A stretch of 52,972 nucleotides of DNA from NCBI GenBank assembly GCA_904384205.1, contig CAJFJY010000002.1, forward strand, positions 1 to 52,972. The letters are read 5' to 3'. Shown here one piece after another: positions 18,939-27,624 of this stretch. The stretch comes from an uncultured Clostridia bacterium. Lineage in GTDB: Bacteria; Bacillota; Clostridia; TANB77; CAG-508. Position numbers and translations under genes: made by a program. Numbering within the stretch: position 1 is the stretch's first letter; each line of letters begins with the position of its first letter. Under the pieces are notes generated by a model. That model was given only the letters and a program-made list of their open reading frames with translations. It searched no databases and had not been told where the DNA came from.

Positions 18939-19160
18939 TTATAATTTATTATAAATCACATTCATAAAATATATATAAATACAAATAAAAAAACTCAAAG
19001 TAAAAGTTAACCCCAAAGGACATTGAAATTTTGTAAATGTTTTTTGGGGATTATTAATTAAATATATATTTTTTAAATCCATTTCATCTAAAGAATTTTG
19101 GATGCAACTGACCAAAACATTATTAAAACTCATATTTTCCTTCTTAGCAATTTTTTTCAA
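18939..19160 (-). pseudogene. possible remnant of a ribbon-helix-helix (CopG/Arc-like) gene
   Basis: In-frame SKSINDTLKKIAKKENMSFNNVLVSCIQNSLDEM resembles the two RHH helices, but the beta-strand region is cut by a stop. The 3' half of the ORF reads through hairpin 19011-19049. Confidence 0.25.
19011..19049. terminator. hairpin, possible bidirectional terminator after nrnA
   Basis: CCCCAAAGGACATT (19011-19024) pairs with AATGTTTTTTGGGG (19036-19049) with 2 mismatches. T-rich runs flank it on the minus-strand reading. Confidence 0.45.
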
Positions 19161-19187
19161 AGTATCGTTTATGCTTTTACTTTAAGC

Positions 19188-19216
19188 TTGCTATTTTTAC
19201 TTTTATGTAGTAGAAT
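19188..19216 (+). promoter_or_regulatory. sigma-A-type promoter for the AAA-ATPase gene
   Basis: TTGCTA (19188-19193), 17-nt spacer, TAGAAT (19211-19216). Confidence 0.5.
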
Positions 19217-19242
19217 AGCAACAAGAGAAAGGAGAATGGTAT

Positions 19243-20916
19243 ATGAGTAATATAGGAATAGGTATAGGAATAAGTGATTTTAAAATGTTAAGATTAAGGA
19301 AAAATTACTATATAGATAAAACAATGTATATAAAACATATAATAGACAACCAAGCAGGAGTAATATTAGTAACAAGACCAAGACGATTTGGGAAAACATT
19401 AAATATGAGTATGTTAAAATATTATTTTGATAATACAGCAAAAGATAGCAAAGACCTATTTGAAGGACTAAAAATAATGGAACAAGAAGAAGAATACACA
19501 TCAAAATTAGGAAATTATCCAGTAATATATTTAACACTAAAAGATGTACAAGATAGAAATTATGACAATATGTTACTAGATATGAAAACAGCAATGATGA
19601 ATATGTATCAAGCACATAGATATTTATTAGACAGTGATAAAATATATCCAGAAGAAAAAGAAAAAATATTAGATATATTATATGCAAGAGAAGATGAAAA
19701 TGCATTAAAAACTAGTGTTATAGAATTATCAAAATATTTAAACAGGCATTATGGAAAACAAGTGATATTACTAATAGACGAATATGATGTACCATTACAA
19801 AATGCATATGTAGAAGGATATTATGATGAAGCAGTAAGATTTTTCAAAACATTTTATGGAACAACATTCAAAGATAATCCATACTTAGAAAAAACAGTAC
19901 TAACAGGAGTAAGTAGAGTAGCAAAAGAAAGTATATTCAGTGGAGCAAATAATTTTGATGTATATACAGTATTAGATAACGAATTTAGTGAAGATTTCGG
20001 AATAACAGAAAAGGAAATGGATAAAATCATAGAAGATTTTAACATAGAAGACGAAAAAGAAGAAATAAAGAAATGGTATGATGGATATACAATAGGAAAT
20101 ACAGAAGAAATATATAATCCATGGAGTATATTGAATTATTTAACTAAGAGACAACTAGTACCATATTGGGTAAATACAAGCTCAAATGACTTAATAAAAT
20201 TAATACTAAAAAATTCAGTAACAGTAAAAGAAAGAATAGAAAGATTATTAAATGACGAAGAAATAGAAGTACCAATAAACTTAGAAACAATAATAGTAGG
20301 AATAGAAAACAATGAAGATAATATCTGGGGACTATTACTAGGAACAGGATATTTAAAAATAACAGGAGTAGTAGACCTAGCAATGCATATATATAAAGTA
20401 AAAATTCCAAATTATGAGATAAAGATTTTGTTCCAACAAATAATAGATGAATGGTTTAGAAATAAAGTAATAGGAAATGACTTAAGAAGCATATTAAAAG
20501 ACTTAGTAACATTAAATTTTGATGAATTTGAATATAAATTTAAAATATTAGTAAAAGAAATGTTTAGCTATATGGATGTAGGAGAAAACACAGCAGAAAA
20601 CTTTTACCATGCATTTGTACTAGGAATGTTAGTAGGACTAAAAGATAGTTACTATGTAAATTCAAATAGAGAATCAGGTGTAGGAAGATATGATATAATG
20701 CTAGAACCAAAAGAGAAAAACGGAAATAGTTTTATAATGGAATTCAAAGTATATAGACAAGATAAAGAAAAAACAATAGAAGACACAATAGAAAATGCCA
20801 AAAAACAAATAGAAGAAAAAGGGTATGAAACAAATTTAAAAGAAAGAGGATTTACAAATATAACAAAAATGGTGTTTGCTTTCAAAGGAAAAAATGTAAA
20901 AATGGAAATATACTAA
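19243..20916 (+). CDS. AAA-ATPase-like N-terminal domain fused to a PD-(D/E)XK nuclease-like C-terminal domain (PDDEXK_9-type)
   Basis: N-terminus has GISDFKMLR..NYYIDKT...LVTRPRRFGKTLNMSML. C-terminus has NRESGVGRYDIMLEP...FIMEFKV. Both are hallmark motifs of this two-domain family. Confidence 0.75.
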   Translation: MSNIGIGIGISDFKMLRLRKNYYIDKTMYIKHIIDNQAGVILVTRPRRFGKTLNMSMLKYYFDNTAKDSKDLFEGLKIMEQEEEYTSKLGNYPVIYLTLKDVQDRNYDNMLLDMKTAMMNMYQAHRYLLDSDKIYPEEKEKILDILYAREDENALKTSVIELSKYLNRHYGKQVILLIDEYDVPLQNAYVEGYYDEAVRFFKTFYGTTFKDNPYLEKTVLTGVSRVAKESIFSGANNFDVYTVLDNEFSEDFGITEKEMDKIIEDFNIEDEKEEIKKWYDGYTIGNTEEIYNPWSILNYLTKRQLVPYWVNTSSNDLIKLILKNSVTVKERIERLLNDEEIEVPINLETIIVGIENNEDNIWGLLLGTGYLKITGVVDLAMHIYKVKIPNYEIKILFQQIIDEWFRNKVIGNDLRSILKDLVTLNFDEFEYKFKILVKEMFSYMDVGENTAENFYHAFVLGMLVGLKDSYYVNSNRESGVGRYDIMLEPKEKNGNSFIMEFKVYRQDKEKTIEDTIENAKKQIEEKGYETNLKERGFTNITKMVFAFKGKNVKMEIY

Positions 20917-20950
20917 TAGGGATACTTTAATGAATAAAAGGAGAACCAAA

Positions 20951-21838
20951 ATGGATGGAATTATTATTATAAACAAGCCAAAGGGATGTACATCACATGA
21001 TATAGTATATAAAGTAAAAAAACTACTAAACGAAAAAGTAGGGCATACAGGAACATTAGATCCAATGGCAGAAGGAGTTTTACCACTATTAATTGGGAAA
21101 GGAACACTATGTTCAAAATACCTAATAAATCATGACAAAAAATATCAAGTAACATTAAAATTAGGAATAAAAACAGATACAGCAGATTCAGAGGGAAAAA
21201 TAATCGAAGAACAAGAAGTTAAAGAAGAAATATTAGAAAAAGATAATGCGAAAAAAATATTGTCATTTTTTTTAGGAAAACAAGAACAAAAACCACCAAT
21301 ATATTCTGCAATAAAAGTAAATGGAAAAAAGCTATATGAATACGCAAGAAAAGGGCAACAAGTAGAAATACCAACACGAAATATTGAAATTTATTCAATT
21401 GAATTGATAAAGATAAATAAAAAAGAGAAAACAATAGAATTTATAGTAAAATGTAGTAAAGGTACATATATAAGAAGTCTATGTGAAGATATAGCAACAA
21501 AACTTGGCACAATAGGATATATGAAAGAATTAAAAAGATTAGAAGTAGGAATTTTTAAAATAGAAGATAGTATAACAATAGAAGAACTAAAAGAGAAAAT
21601 TGAGAAAAATGAAAAATACATAATAAGCATTGAAGAATTTTTTAGTAAGAAAAAAAGAATTGATTTAGATGAAAAAATGTTAAAAAAATTTTTAAACGGA
21701 GTTAAATTAGACTATAAAAATCTAGATGATATTTATAGAATATATTCGCAAAATAAATTTATAGGAATAGGAAAGGTAGAAAACCAGTCGTTAAAAAGAG
21801 ATATAATTTTGCTGGAATATAATAGAAAGAAAAGGTAG
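20951..21838 (+). CDS. truB: tRNA pseudouridine-55 synthase
   Basis: GIIIINKPKGCTSHD and HTGTLDPMAEGVLP (catalytic Asp). ATG 20951 follows AAAGGAG. Confidence 0.9.
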   Translation: MDGIIIINKPKGCTSHDIVYKVKKLLNEKVGHTGTLDPMAEGVLPLLIGKGTLCSKYLINHDKKYQVTLKLGIKTDTADSEGKIIEEQEVKEEILEKDNAKKILSFFLGKQEQKPPIYSAIKVNGKKLYEYARKGQQVEIPTRNIEIYSIELIKINKKEKTIEFIVKCSKGTYIRSLCEDIATKLGTIGYMKELKRLEVGIFKIEDSITIEELKEKIEKNEKYIISIEEFFSKKKRIDLDEKMLKKFLNGVKLDYKNLDDIYRIYSQNKFIGIGKVENQSLKRDIILLEYNRKKR

Positions 21839-21848
21839 AAAGATCATA

Positions 21849-22358
21849 TTGACAGAATACCTAGAATTGCATATAATTGAATTACCAAAGATACATAAAT
21901 TAAAAGAAAAAGAAAAAAATAACGAACTTATAAAATGGATGTATTTTTTGGAAAATCCAGAAAGTAAGAAGGTTGATGAATATATGAAAGAAAATAAAGG
22001 AATAAAAGAAGCAAAAGAAAAACTAGAAACAATGAGCGAAGACGAAAGAATGCAAATATTAGCTGACTTAAGATTAAAAGCCATAATGGATGAAAAGGCA
22101 GCAAAAAGACAATCATATAAAGAAGGCTTAGAATCTGGAATTAGAGATGGACTAAAACAAGGAATTCAACAAGGAATTCAACAAGGAATTGAGCAAGGAA
22201 TTGAACAGGGAATTGAACAGGGAATTGAACAAGGAATAGAAAAAGGAAGCACAAAAACTAAAAAAGAAATCGCAAAGAAGTTAAAAGAAAAAGGAGAAAA
22301 TACAGAATATATAAAAGAAATTACAGGCTTAAAAGAAGAAGAAATTTTAAAACTATAA
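21849..22358 (+). pseudogene. C-terminal-only fragment of an Rpn/YhgA-like (PD-(D/E)XK transposase-like) protein
   Basis: It begins at ...YLELHIIELPKI, the motif that follows the nuclease core in full-length Rpn-family proteins, so the N-terminal nuclease domain is absent. TTG start with a weak RBS. Confidence 0.6.
22161..22244 (+). repeat. 7 x 12-nt in-frame tandem repeat (GIQQ/GIEQ)
   Basis: GGAATTCAACAA x2, GGAATTGAGCAA, GGAATTGAACAG x2, GGAATTGAACAA, GGAATAGAAAAA. Confidence 0.9.
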
Positions 22359-22380
22359 TTTAATAATTGGTAATAATATA

Positions 22381-22420
22381 AAAACACCTCACATATATTT
22401 GTGTAAGAGGTGTTTTTTAT
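22381..22420 (+). terminator. rho-independent terminator
   Basis: AAAACACCTC (22381-22390) pairs with GAGGTGTTTT (22407-22416), followed by a T-run. Confidence 0.75.
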
Positions 22421-23306
22421 GTATTATATAGAAGAATCAGACAAGCCAAACTTTTTAGAAGAAAAACTATCAAGAGTAAAATTAGAAATAGATAGAATAA
22501 TTTTGCCAATAAATAAAGATAAAATAATTACAGAGAATGTAGATTCAAAGAAATTAAATTCAGAAAAAATATATATAAAAAAAGAAAAAAAGCTAGCACA
22601 AAAAACATTGAAAATCCTAGAAAAAGCAAACAGTAAAAAAATTGTCATAAGCAAAAATGTTCAAAAATTAAAAGAATATATGGATTTATTAAATCAAAGT
22701 CAATTAGAAATAATAGGTGGAAAATGGCTATATAAAATACTAGTACCAGAAATATTAGAATACATATTAAATAAAGAAAACAGGATAAATGAAGAAACAA
22801 ATCTATATATTTTAATAAATGATTCAACAGAGATTACATTGCAAACAATAAAAAGATTGGCAAATACATATAAATCAATTAATATCATAACAAATCATAT
22901 AGAAAAGTTCAAAAAAATTGAAGAAAACATGGAAAAAGAACTAGGAATAGCAGTAACAGTAATGAATAATAAAAAGAAAGGATTATCAAAAGCAAAAATA
23001 ATACTTAATTTCGATTTTCCAAAAGAATTATTAAATAAATATAATATTTATGAAAAAGCCATAATTGTAAATTTGCAAGGAAGCATAAACATAGCCAAAA
23101 AAAGATTTGAAGGAATAGTTATAAATGATTATGAAATAGAAATAATAAATCCACAAGAATATCATTTAGACGATAAAAAATATAAGCTAAAAGAACTATA
23201 CGAAGCCCATTTTTATAAATCTCAACCATATAAAAATATAATTGAAAAAATAAAAAAGGATAAAGTAAAAATTAAAGAATTATATTCACTTAATGGCATA
23301 TATTAA
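22419..23306 (+). CDS. hypothetical protein (~295 aa, K/I/N-rich, no motif recognised)
   Basis: Long ORF with coding-like periodicity. ATG 22419 lies 6 nt after GAGGTG, which forms the 3' arm of the terminator. Confidence 0.6.
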   Translation: MYYIEESDKPNFLEEKLSRVKLEIDRIILPINKDKIITENVDSKKLNSEKIYIKKEKKLAQKTLKILEKANSKKIVISKNVQKLKEYMDLLNQSQLEIIGGKWLYKILVPEILEYILNKENRINEETNLYILINDSTEITLQTIKRLANTYKSINIITNHIEKFKKIEENMEKELGIAVTVMNNKKKGLSKAKIILNFDFPKELLNKYNIYEKAIIVNLQGSINIAKKRFEGIVINDYEIEIINPQEYHLDDKKYKLKELYEAHFYKSQPYKNIIEKIKKDKVKIKELYSLNGIY

Positions 23307-23389
23307 ATTTTCCTTAAATACTTTATTTTTTTTAAAAAATGTAATATAATGTTATTGTCTTAAATTTTATCCTACAAAGGAGGTAAAAA

Positions 23390-26113
23390 ATGCCAAGTAA
23401 AAGTAGAAAAAAAAGAAGTAATGATAATGACAAGACAAAAACATATAAAACTAGAAATAGAAAAACAACAAAAAGAACATCTAAATCAAGAGATGATGAC
23501 ACAAAAGTAGTAAATACAAATAGAAAAAACATAAAAGACAAAAATACAAAAGACAAAAATACAAAAGGCAAAAATACAAAAGGCAAAAACGGGAAATGGT
23601 CTGAAAAACACCCAAAGTTATCAATGGCAATAAAAATAGTAATTATCTTAATACTATTATTATGTGTAATAGGGGCAGGAGTTATTGCAGCAGTATTCTT
23701 TGGACTATTTGGAGATGACTTCCAAATAAGTAAAGACGAGTTAATAATAGGAATAGCCAATTCAGTAGTTCTGGACAAAGATGGGAATATAATTGCAAAT
23801 TTAAGCAGTGATGAAAAAAGGAAAATAGTAACATTAGACGAAATGTCCCCATATTTACCAAAAGCATACATAGCGATAGAAGATAAAAGATTTTATGAAC
23901 ATAATGGAGTGGACATATGGAGAACAGCAGGAGCAATATTTAACACAGTATTTAAAGGAGGTTCTTCATATGGTGGAAGTACAATAACACAACAATTAGT
24001 AAAAAATATAACTGGTGATGATGATGCAAGTGGTTTTGCCGGCATTATGCGTAAAGTAAGAGAATGGGCAAAAGCATACCAAGTGGAAAGAATGATATCA
24101 AAAGACCAAATCTTAGAGTTGTACTTAAATATATTATTTGTAGGTGGAGATAATCTTCACGGAGTAGAACTTGGAGCACAATATTATTTCAATAAAAGTG
24201 CAAAAGACTTAGATTTAGCAGAATGTGCATTCTTAGCAGGAATAAATAGTTCACCAAATGCATATAATCCATATGATGAAACTAAAAACCAAGATGAACT
24301 TAAAGAAAAAATAAAAAATAAAACACTAACAGTATTAGCAGAAATGAAAGACCAAGGATATATAACAAATGAAGATGAATACAATGCAGCAGTAGCAAAA
24401 GCAGAAGCAGGGCTAACATTTACAAAAGGAAATATTACATCAAATAATGCATATTCATATCATACATCTGCAGCAGTAAATCAAGTTGTTGAACAAGTAA
24501 TGGAAGAAAAAGGTGTATCAAGAGAATTTGCAGAAAAATATGTATATAGTAGTGGACTTACAATATATTCAACACAAGATTCTTCAATACAATCAAGAGT
24601 AGAAGAAGAATTCAAAAAAGCTGATTATAGAATAAAAGGTAGAGATAAAAATGCAGATGGAACACTAAAAAATGACCATGCACAAGCAGGTATGGCAATA
24701 ATTGATTATAAAACAGGTCAAGTGGTAGCAGTCGGAGGAGAACTAAGTGACGACCAAAATGCTACAGGATGGAATAGAGCAACACAAATGGTAAGACAAA
24801 CAGGTTCATCAATAAAACCAATTGCAGATGTAGCACCAGCATTAGAAGAAAAAGTAATAACAGCATCAACAGTATATGATGATGTATTAACAGATTTTAA
24901 TGGATATTCACCAAAAAATGATGGTAGCAGATATTATAAATTAATAAATATAAGAGAATTTATAGCAAGATCACAAAACGTACCAGCAGTAAAAATAATG
25001 AGAGAATTAACACCAAATAAATCAATAGACTATTTAAGAAAAATGGGTGTAAGCACACTATATAAATCAGGAGAAGTTGAAGGAAAAGATGATAGTACAT
25101 TATCATTAGCAATAGGAGGAATAACAGATGGTATAAGCCCACTAGAAATGGCAGCAGCATATGGAACAATAGCAAATGATGGTGTATATATTGAGCCAAC
25201 ATTCTATACAAAAGTAACAGATTCTAGTGGAAATGTAGTACTAACACCAAATCAAGAATCACAAAGAGCTATATCTGAACAAAATGCATATTTAACAAGA
25301 AGTATAATAGAAGAGCCAGTAACAGCATCTTATGGAACAGCAACATATTGTAAAATATCAGGAATGGAAACATGTGCAAAAACAGGTACAACAGATGATA
25401 ACTGTGATAGATGGTTATGTGGAATGACACCATACTATGTAGCAGCAACATGGTTTGGATATGATAATAATGAAGAAGTAAAATGGTCAGGAAGAAATCC
25501 AGCAGGAATGATATGGTCAAATATCATGAAGGACATACATAAAGACTTAGAAAATGCTAACTTTAATAAACCAAGTGGAATAGTAGAAAGAGAAGTATGT
25601 TCAATAACAGGAGGATTAGCTACATCTAGTTGCACAAGTAGATATAAGGAAGAATTTTCAGAAAATAATTTGCCAGACGAATGCGAAGGACATGGAGTTC
25701 AAAAAATATGTACAGAAACAGGAAAATTGGCAACAGAATATTGCCCATCTAAAAATCAAAGTTATGGGGGAGTAATACCAAAAGAAAAATTAGGTTTGTG
25801 GAAAGCAGTAAATGGCTCATCAAGAACAGGTAATGAAAAAGTAACAGAATATTGTACAGTACACACTGCTCCAAAAACAAATACAACAGGCAATACAAAT
25901 ACAACAGGAAATACAACTGGAGGAAACACAACTGGAAATACAACAAACACATCGGGAAATACTAATACTTCTGGCGGAGGAAATACCAGTACTAATACAA
26001 ATACCGGAAGTGGAAATACCAATACAAACACAGGAAGTGGTAGCACAAATACAAACACTAATTCAAGTAACACAAACACAACAGGTAATGCTAGAGTAAG
26101 AGAAGAAAATTAA
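23390..26113 (+). CDS. class A penicillin-binding protein (PBP1A-type transglycosylase/transpeptidase)
   Basis: GT51 motifs EDKRFYEHNGVD and GGSTITQQ. Transpeptidase motifs SGSSIKP (SxxK) and KTGTT. One TM. Repetitive N- and C-terminal tails. Confidence 0.92.
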   Translation: MPSKSRKKRSNDNDKTKTYKTRNRKTTKRTSKSRDDDTKVVNTNRKNIKDKNTKDKNTKGKNTKGKNGKWSEKHPKLSMAIKIVIILILLLCVIGAGVIAAVFFGLFGDDFQISKDELIIGIANSVVLDKDGNIIANLSSDEKRKIVTLDEMSPYLPKAYIAIEDKRFYEHNGVDIWRTAGAIFNTVFKGGSSYGGSTITQQLVKNITGDDDASGFAGIMRKVREWAKAYQVERMISKDQILELYLNILFVGGDNLHGVELGAQYYFNKSAKDLDLAECAFLAGINSSPNAYNPYDETKNQDELKEKIKNKTLTVLAEMKDQGYITNEDEYNAAVAKAEAGLTFTKGNITSNNAYSYHTSAAVNQVVEQVMEEKGVSREFAEKYVYSSGLTIYSTQDSSIQSRVEEEFKKADYRIKGRDKNADGTLKNDHAQAGMAIIDYKTGQVVAVGGELSDDQNATGWNRATQMVRQTGSSIKPIADVAPALEEKVITASTVYDDVLTDFNGYSPKNDGSRYYKLINIREFIARSQNVPAVKIMRELTPNKSIDYLRKMGVSTLYKSGEVEGKDDSTLSLAIGGITDGISPLEMAAAYGTIANDGVYIEPTFYTKVTDSSGNVVLTPNQESQRAISEQNAYLTRSIIEEPVTASYGTATYCKISGMETCAKTGTTDDNCDRWLCGMTPYYVAATWFGYDNNEEVKWSGRNPAGMIWSNIMKDIHKDLENANFNKPSGIVEREVCSITGGLATSSCTSRYKEEFSENNLPDECEGHGVQKICTETGKLATEYCPSKNQSYGGVIPKEKLGLWKAVNGSSRTGNEKVTEYCTVHTAPKTNTTGNTNTTGNTTGGNTTGNTTNTSGNTNTSGGGNTSTNTNTGSGNTNTNTGSGSTNTNTNSSNTNTTGNARVREEN
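23534..23593 (+). repeat. 4 x 15-nt in-frame tandem repeat (KDKNT/KGKNT) in the PBP1A cytoplasmic tail
   Basis: AAAGACAAAAATACA x2, AAAGGCAAAAATACA, AAAGGCAAAAACGGG. Confidence 0.85.
25876..26090 (+). repeat. low-complexity T/N/G/S-rich coding repeats in the PBP1A C-terminal tail
   Basis: Translation is TNTTGNTNTTGNTTGGNTTGNTTNTSGNTNTSGGGNTSTNTNTGSGNTNTNTGSGSTNTNTNSSNTNTTGN. Confidence 0.85.
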
Positions 26114-26138
26114 AATTATTATAAATAAATTAAAACTG

Positions 26139-26196
26139 TAGCGGGGGAAAACATTACTAAAAAGTGAAATACTATTAAAAACCCGCTATTGTTTTT
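26139..26196 (+). terminator. terminator-like hairpin with an unusually large loop
   Basis: TAGCGGG (26139-26145) pairs with CCCGCTA (26182-26188), followed by TTGTTTTT. The loop is 36 nt. Confidence 0.4.
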
Positions 26197-26212
26197 AAAA
26201 TAAGGAGGCTTC

Positions 26213-27622
26213 ATGGATATATATTTTACAAATACTTTAACAAAGAAAAAAGAAAAATTTATTCCAATAAACCAAAACGAAATAACAATATATTCTTGTG
26301 GACCAACAGTATATAAAGATGCAACAATAGGAAACATGAGGACAAATATATTTCAAGATGTATTAAGAAGAATGCTAGAATATAACGGATATAAAGTAAA
26401 ACAAGTAATGAATATAACAGATGTAGGTCATCTAGTATCAGATGGTGATGAAGGTGAAGACAAAATGATAAAATCAGCAAAAGAAGAGCATAAAACACCA
26501 GAAGAAATAGCAGAACATTATACAAAATTGTTTTTCGAAGATTTAAAAGCATTAAATATCCAACTACCAGAAGTAATATGTAAAGCAACAGAATATATAC
26601 CTGATATGATAGAATATGTAAAAAAATTAATTGAAAATGGTTATGCTTACGAAACATCAACAGCAATATATTTCAATGTAGCGAAATTAGACAAATATGG
26701 AATTTTATCAGGAATAAATCTTGAAGATCAAAAAGCAGGAGCAAGAGTAGAAATAGACTCCGAAAAAATAAATCCATATGATTTTGCATTATGGATAAAA
26801 GCACCAAAAAACCATATAATGAAATGGAATAGTCCATGGGGAGAAGGGTACCCAGGATGGCATATAGAATGTTCAACAATGTCTAAAAAACACTTAGGAG
26901 AACAATTTGACATACATACAGGAGGAATAGACTTAATACCAACACATCATGAAAATGAAATAGCACAAAGTAAAGGATTTGATGGCAAAATACCTGCAAA
27001 CTATTGGTTACACGGAGAATATCTTTTAATAAATGGTGGCAAAATGTCAAAATCATTAGGAAATGTATATTTACTAAGAGATATCATAAATAAAGGATAT
27101 GACCCATTAGTATATAGACTATTTTGTTATACATGTAATTATAGAAATAAACTAAACTTTACTTGGGAAGGAATAGAATCGACATCAAAATCATTAGAAC
27201 GATTAAGAAATGCTTATCAAACACATTTAAAAGGAACAGAAGAATTAAATGATAAAGATATTAAAAAGTTAAAAGAGCTTGAAAATGATTTTAATAAAGC
27301 AATAAATGATGATATGAATATGCCACTTGCCATGAGCTATGTTTGGGAATTAGCAAGATATGAAAAGAAATCCCCTAAAATAGCAGAACTTTTACAAAAA
27401 TTTGATAAAGTTTTAGCAATAAAAATCGACAAAGAAAATAAAGAAGAAAAAAACAAAATATCAAAAGAAATAATAGATTTAGTGGAACAAAGAAAAAAGG
27501 CAAGAGAAGAAAAGAATTGGCAAGAATCTGATAGAATAAGAGATTTAATAAAAGAAAAAGGATATGAAGTGAAAGATACAAAAGAAGGGACTGAAATAAA
27601 TAAAATTTTAAAGGAGGAGTAA
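26213..27622 (+). CDS. cysS: cysteinyl-tRNA synthetase
   Basis: CGPTVY...IGN (HIGH-like) and KMSKSLGN motifs, plus a WHIECS zinc-site region. Confidence 0.92.
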   Translation: MDIYFTNTLTKKKEKFIPINQNEITIYSCGPTVYKDATIGNMRTNIFQDVLRRMLEYNGYKVKQVMNITDVGHLVSDGDEGEDKMIKSAKEEHKTPEEIAEHYTKLFFEDLKALNIQLPEVICKATEYIPDMIEYVKKLIENGYAYETSTAIYFNVAKLDKYGILSGINLEDQKAGARVEIDSEKINPYDFALWIKAPKNHIMKWNSPWGEGYPGWHIECSTMSKKHLGEQFDIHTGGIDLIPTHHENEIAQSKGFDGKIPANYWLHGEYLLINGGKMSKSLGNVYLLRDIINKGYDPLVYRLFCYTCNYRNKLNFTWEGIESTSKSLERLRNAYQTHLKGTEELNDKDIKKLKELENDFNKAINDDMNMPLAMSYVWELARYEKKSPKIAELLQKFDKVLAIKIDKENKEEKNKISKEIIDLVEQRKKAREEKNWQESDRIRDLIKEKGYEVKDTKEGTEINKILKEE

Positions 27623-27624
27623 AA

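Noticed and set aside
22161-22244. CRISPR-like or other non-coding arrays among the tandem repeats (22161-22244, 23534-23593, 25876-26090)
   Set aside because: The repeats have 12-15-nt units with no spacers. They are in frame within ORFs and encode peptide repeats. No repeat-spacer architecture exists anywhere in the window.
26114-26212. T-box leaders upstream of cysS, argS and glyQS
   Set aside because: The upstream gaps are too short (99 nt, overlapping genes and 17 nt) for a leader of 200 nt or more. No T-box sequence (AAnnnGGGUGGUACCGCG-like) was seen.
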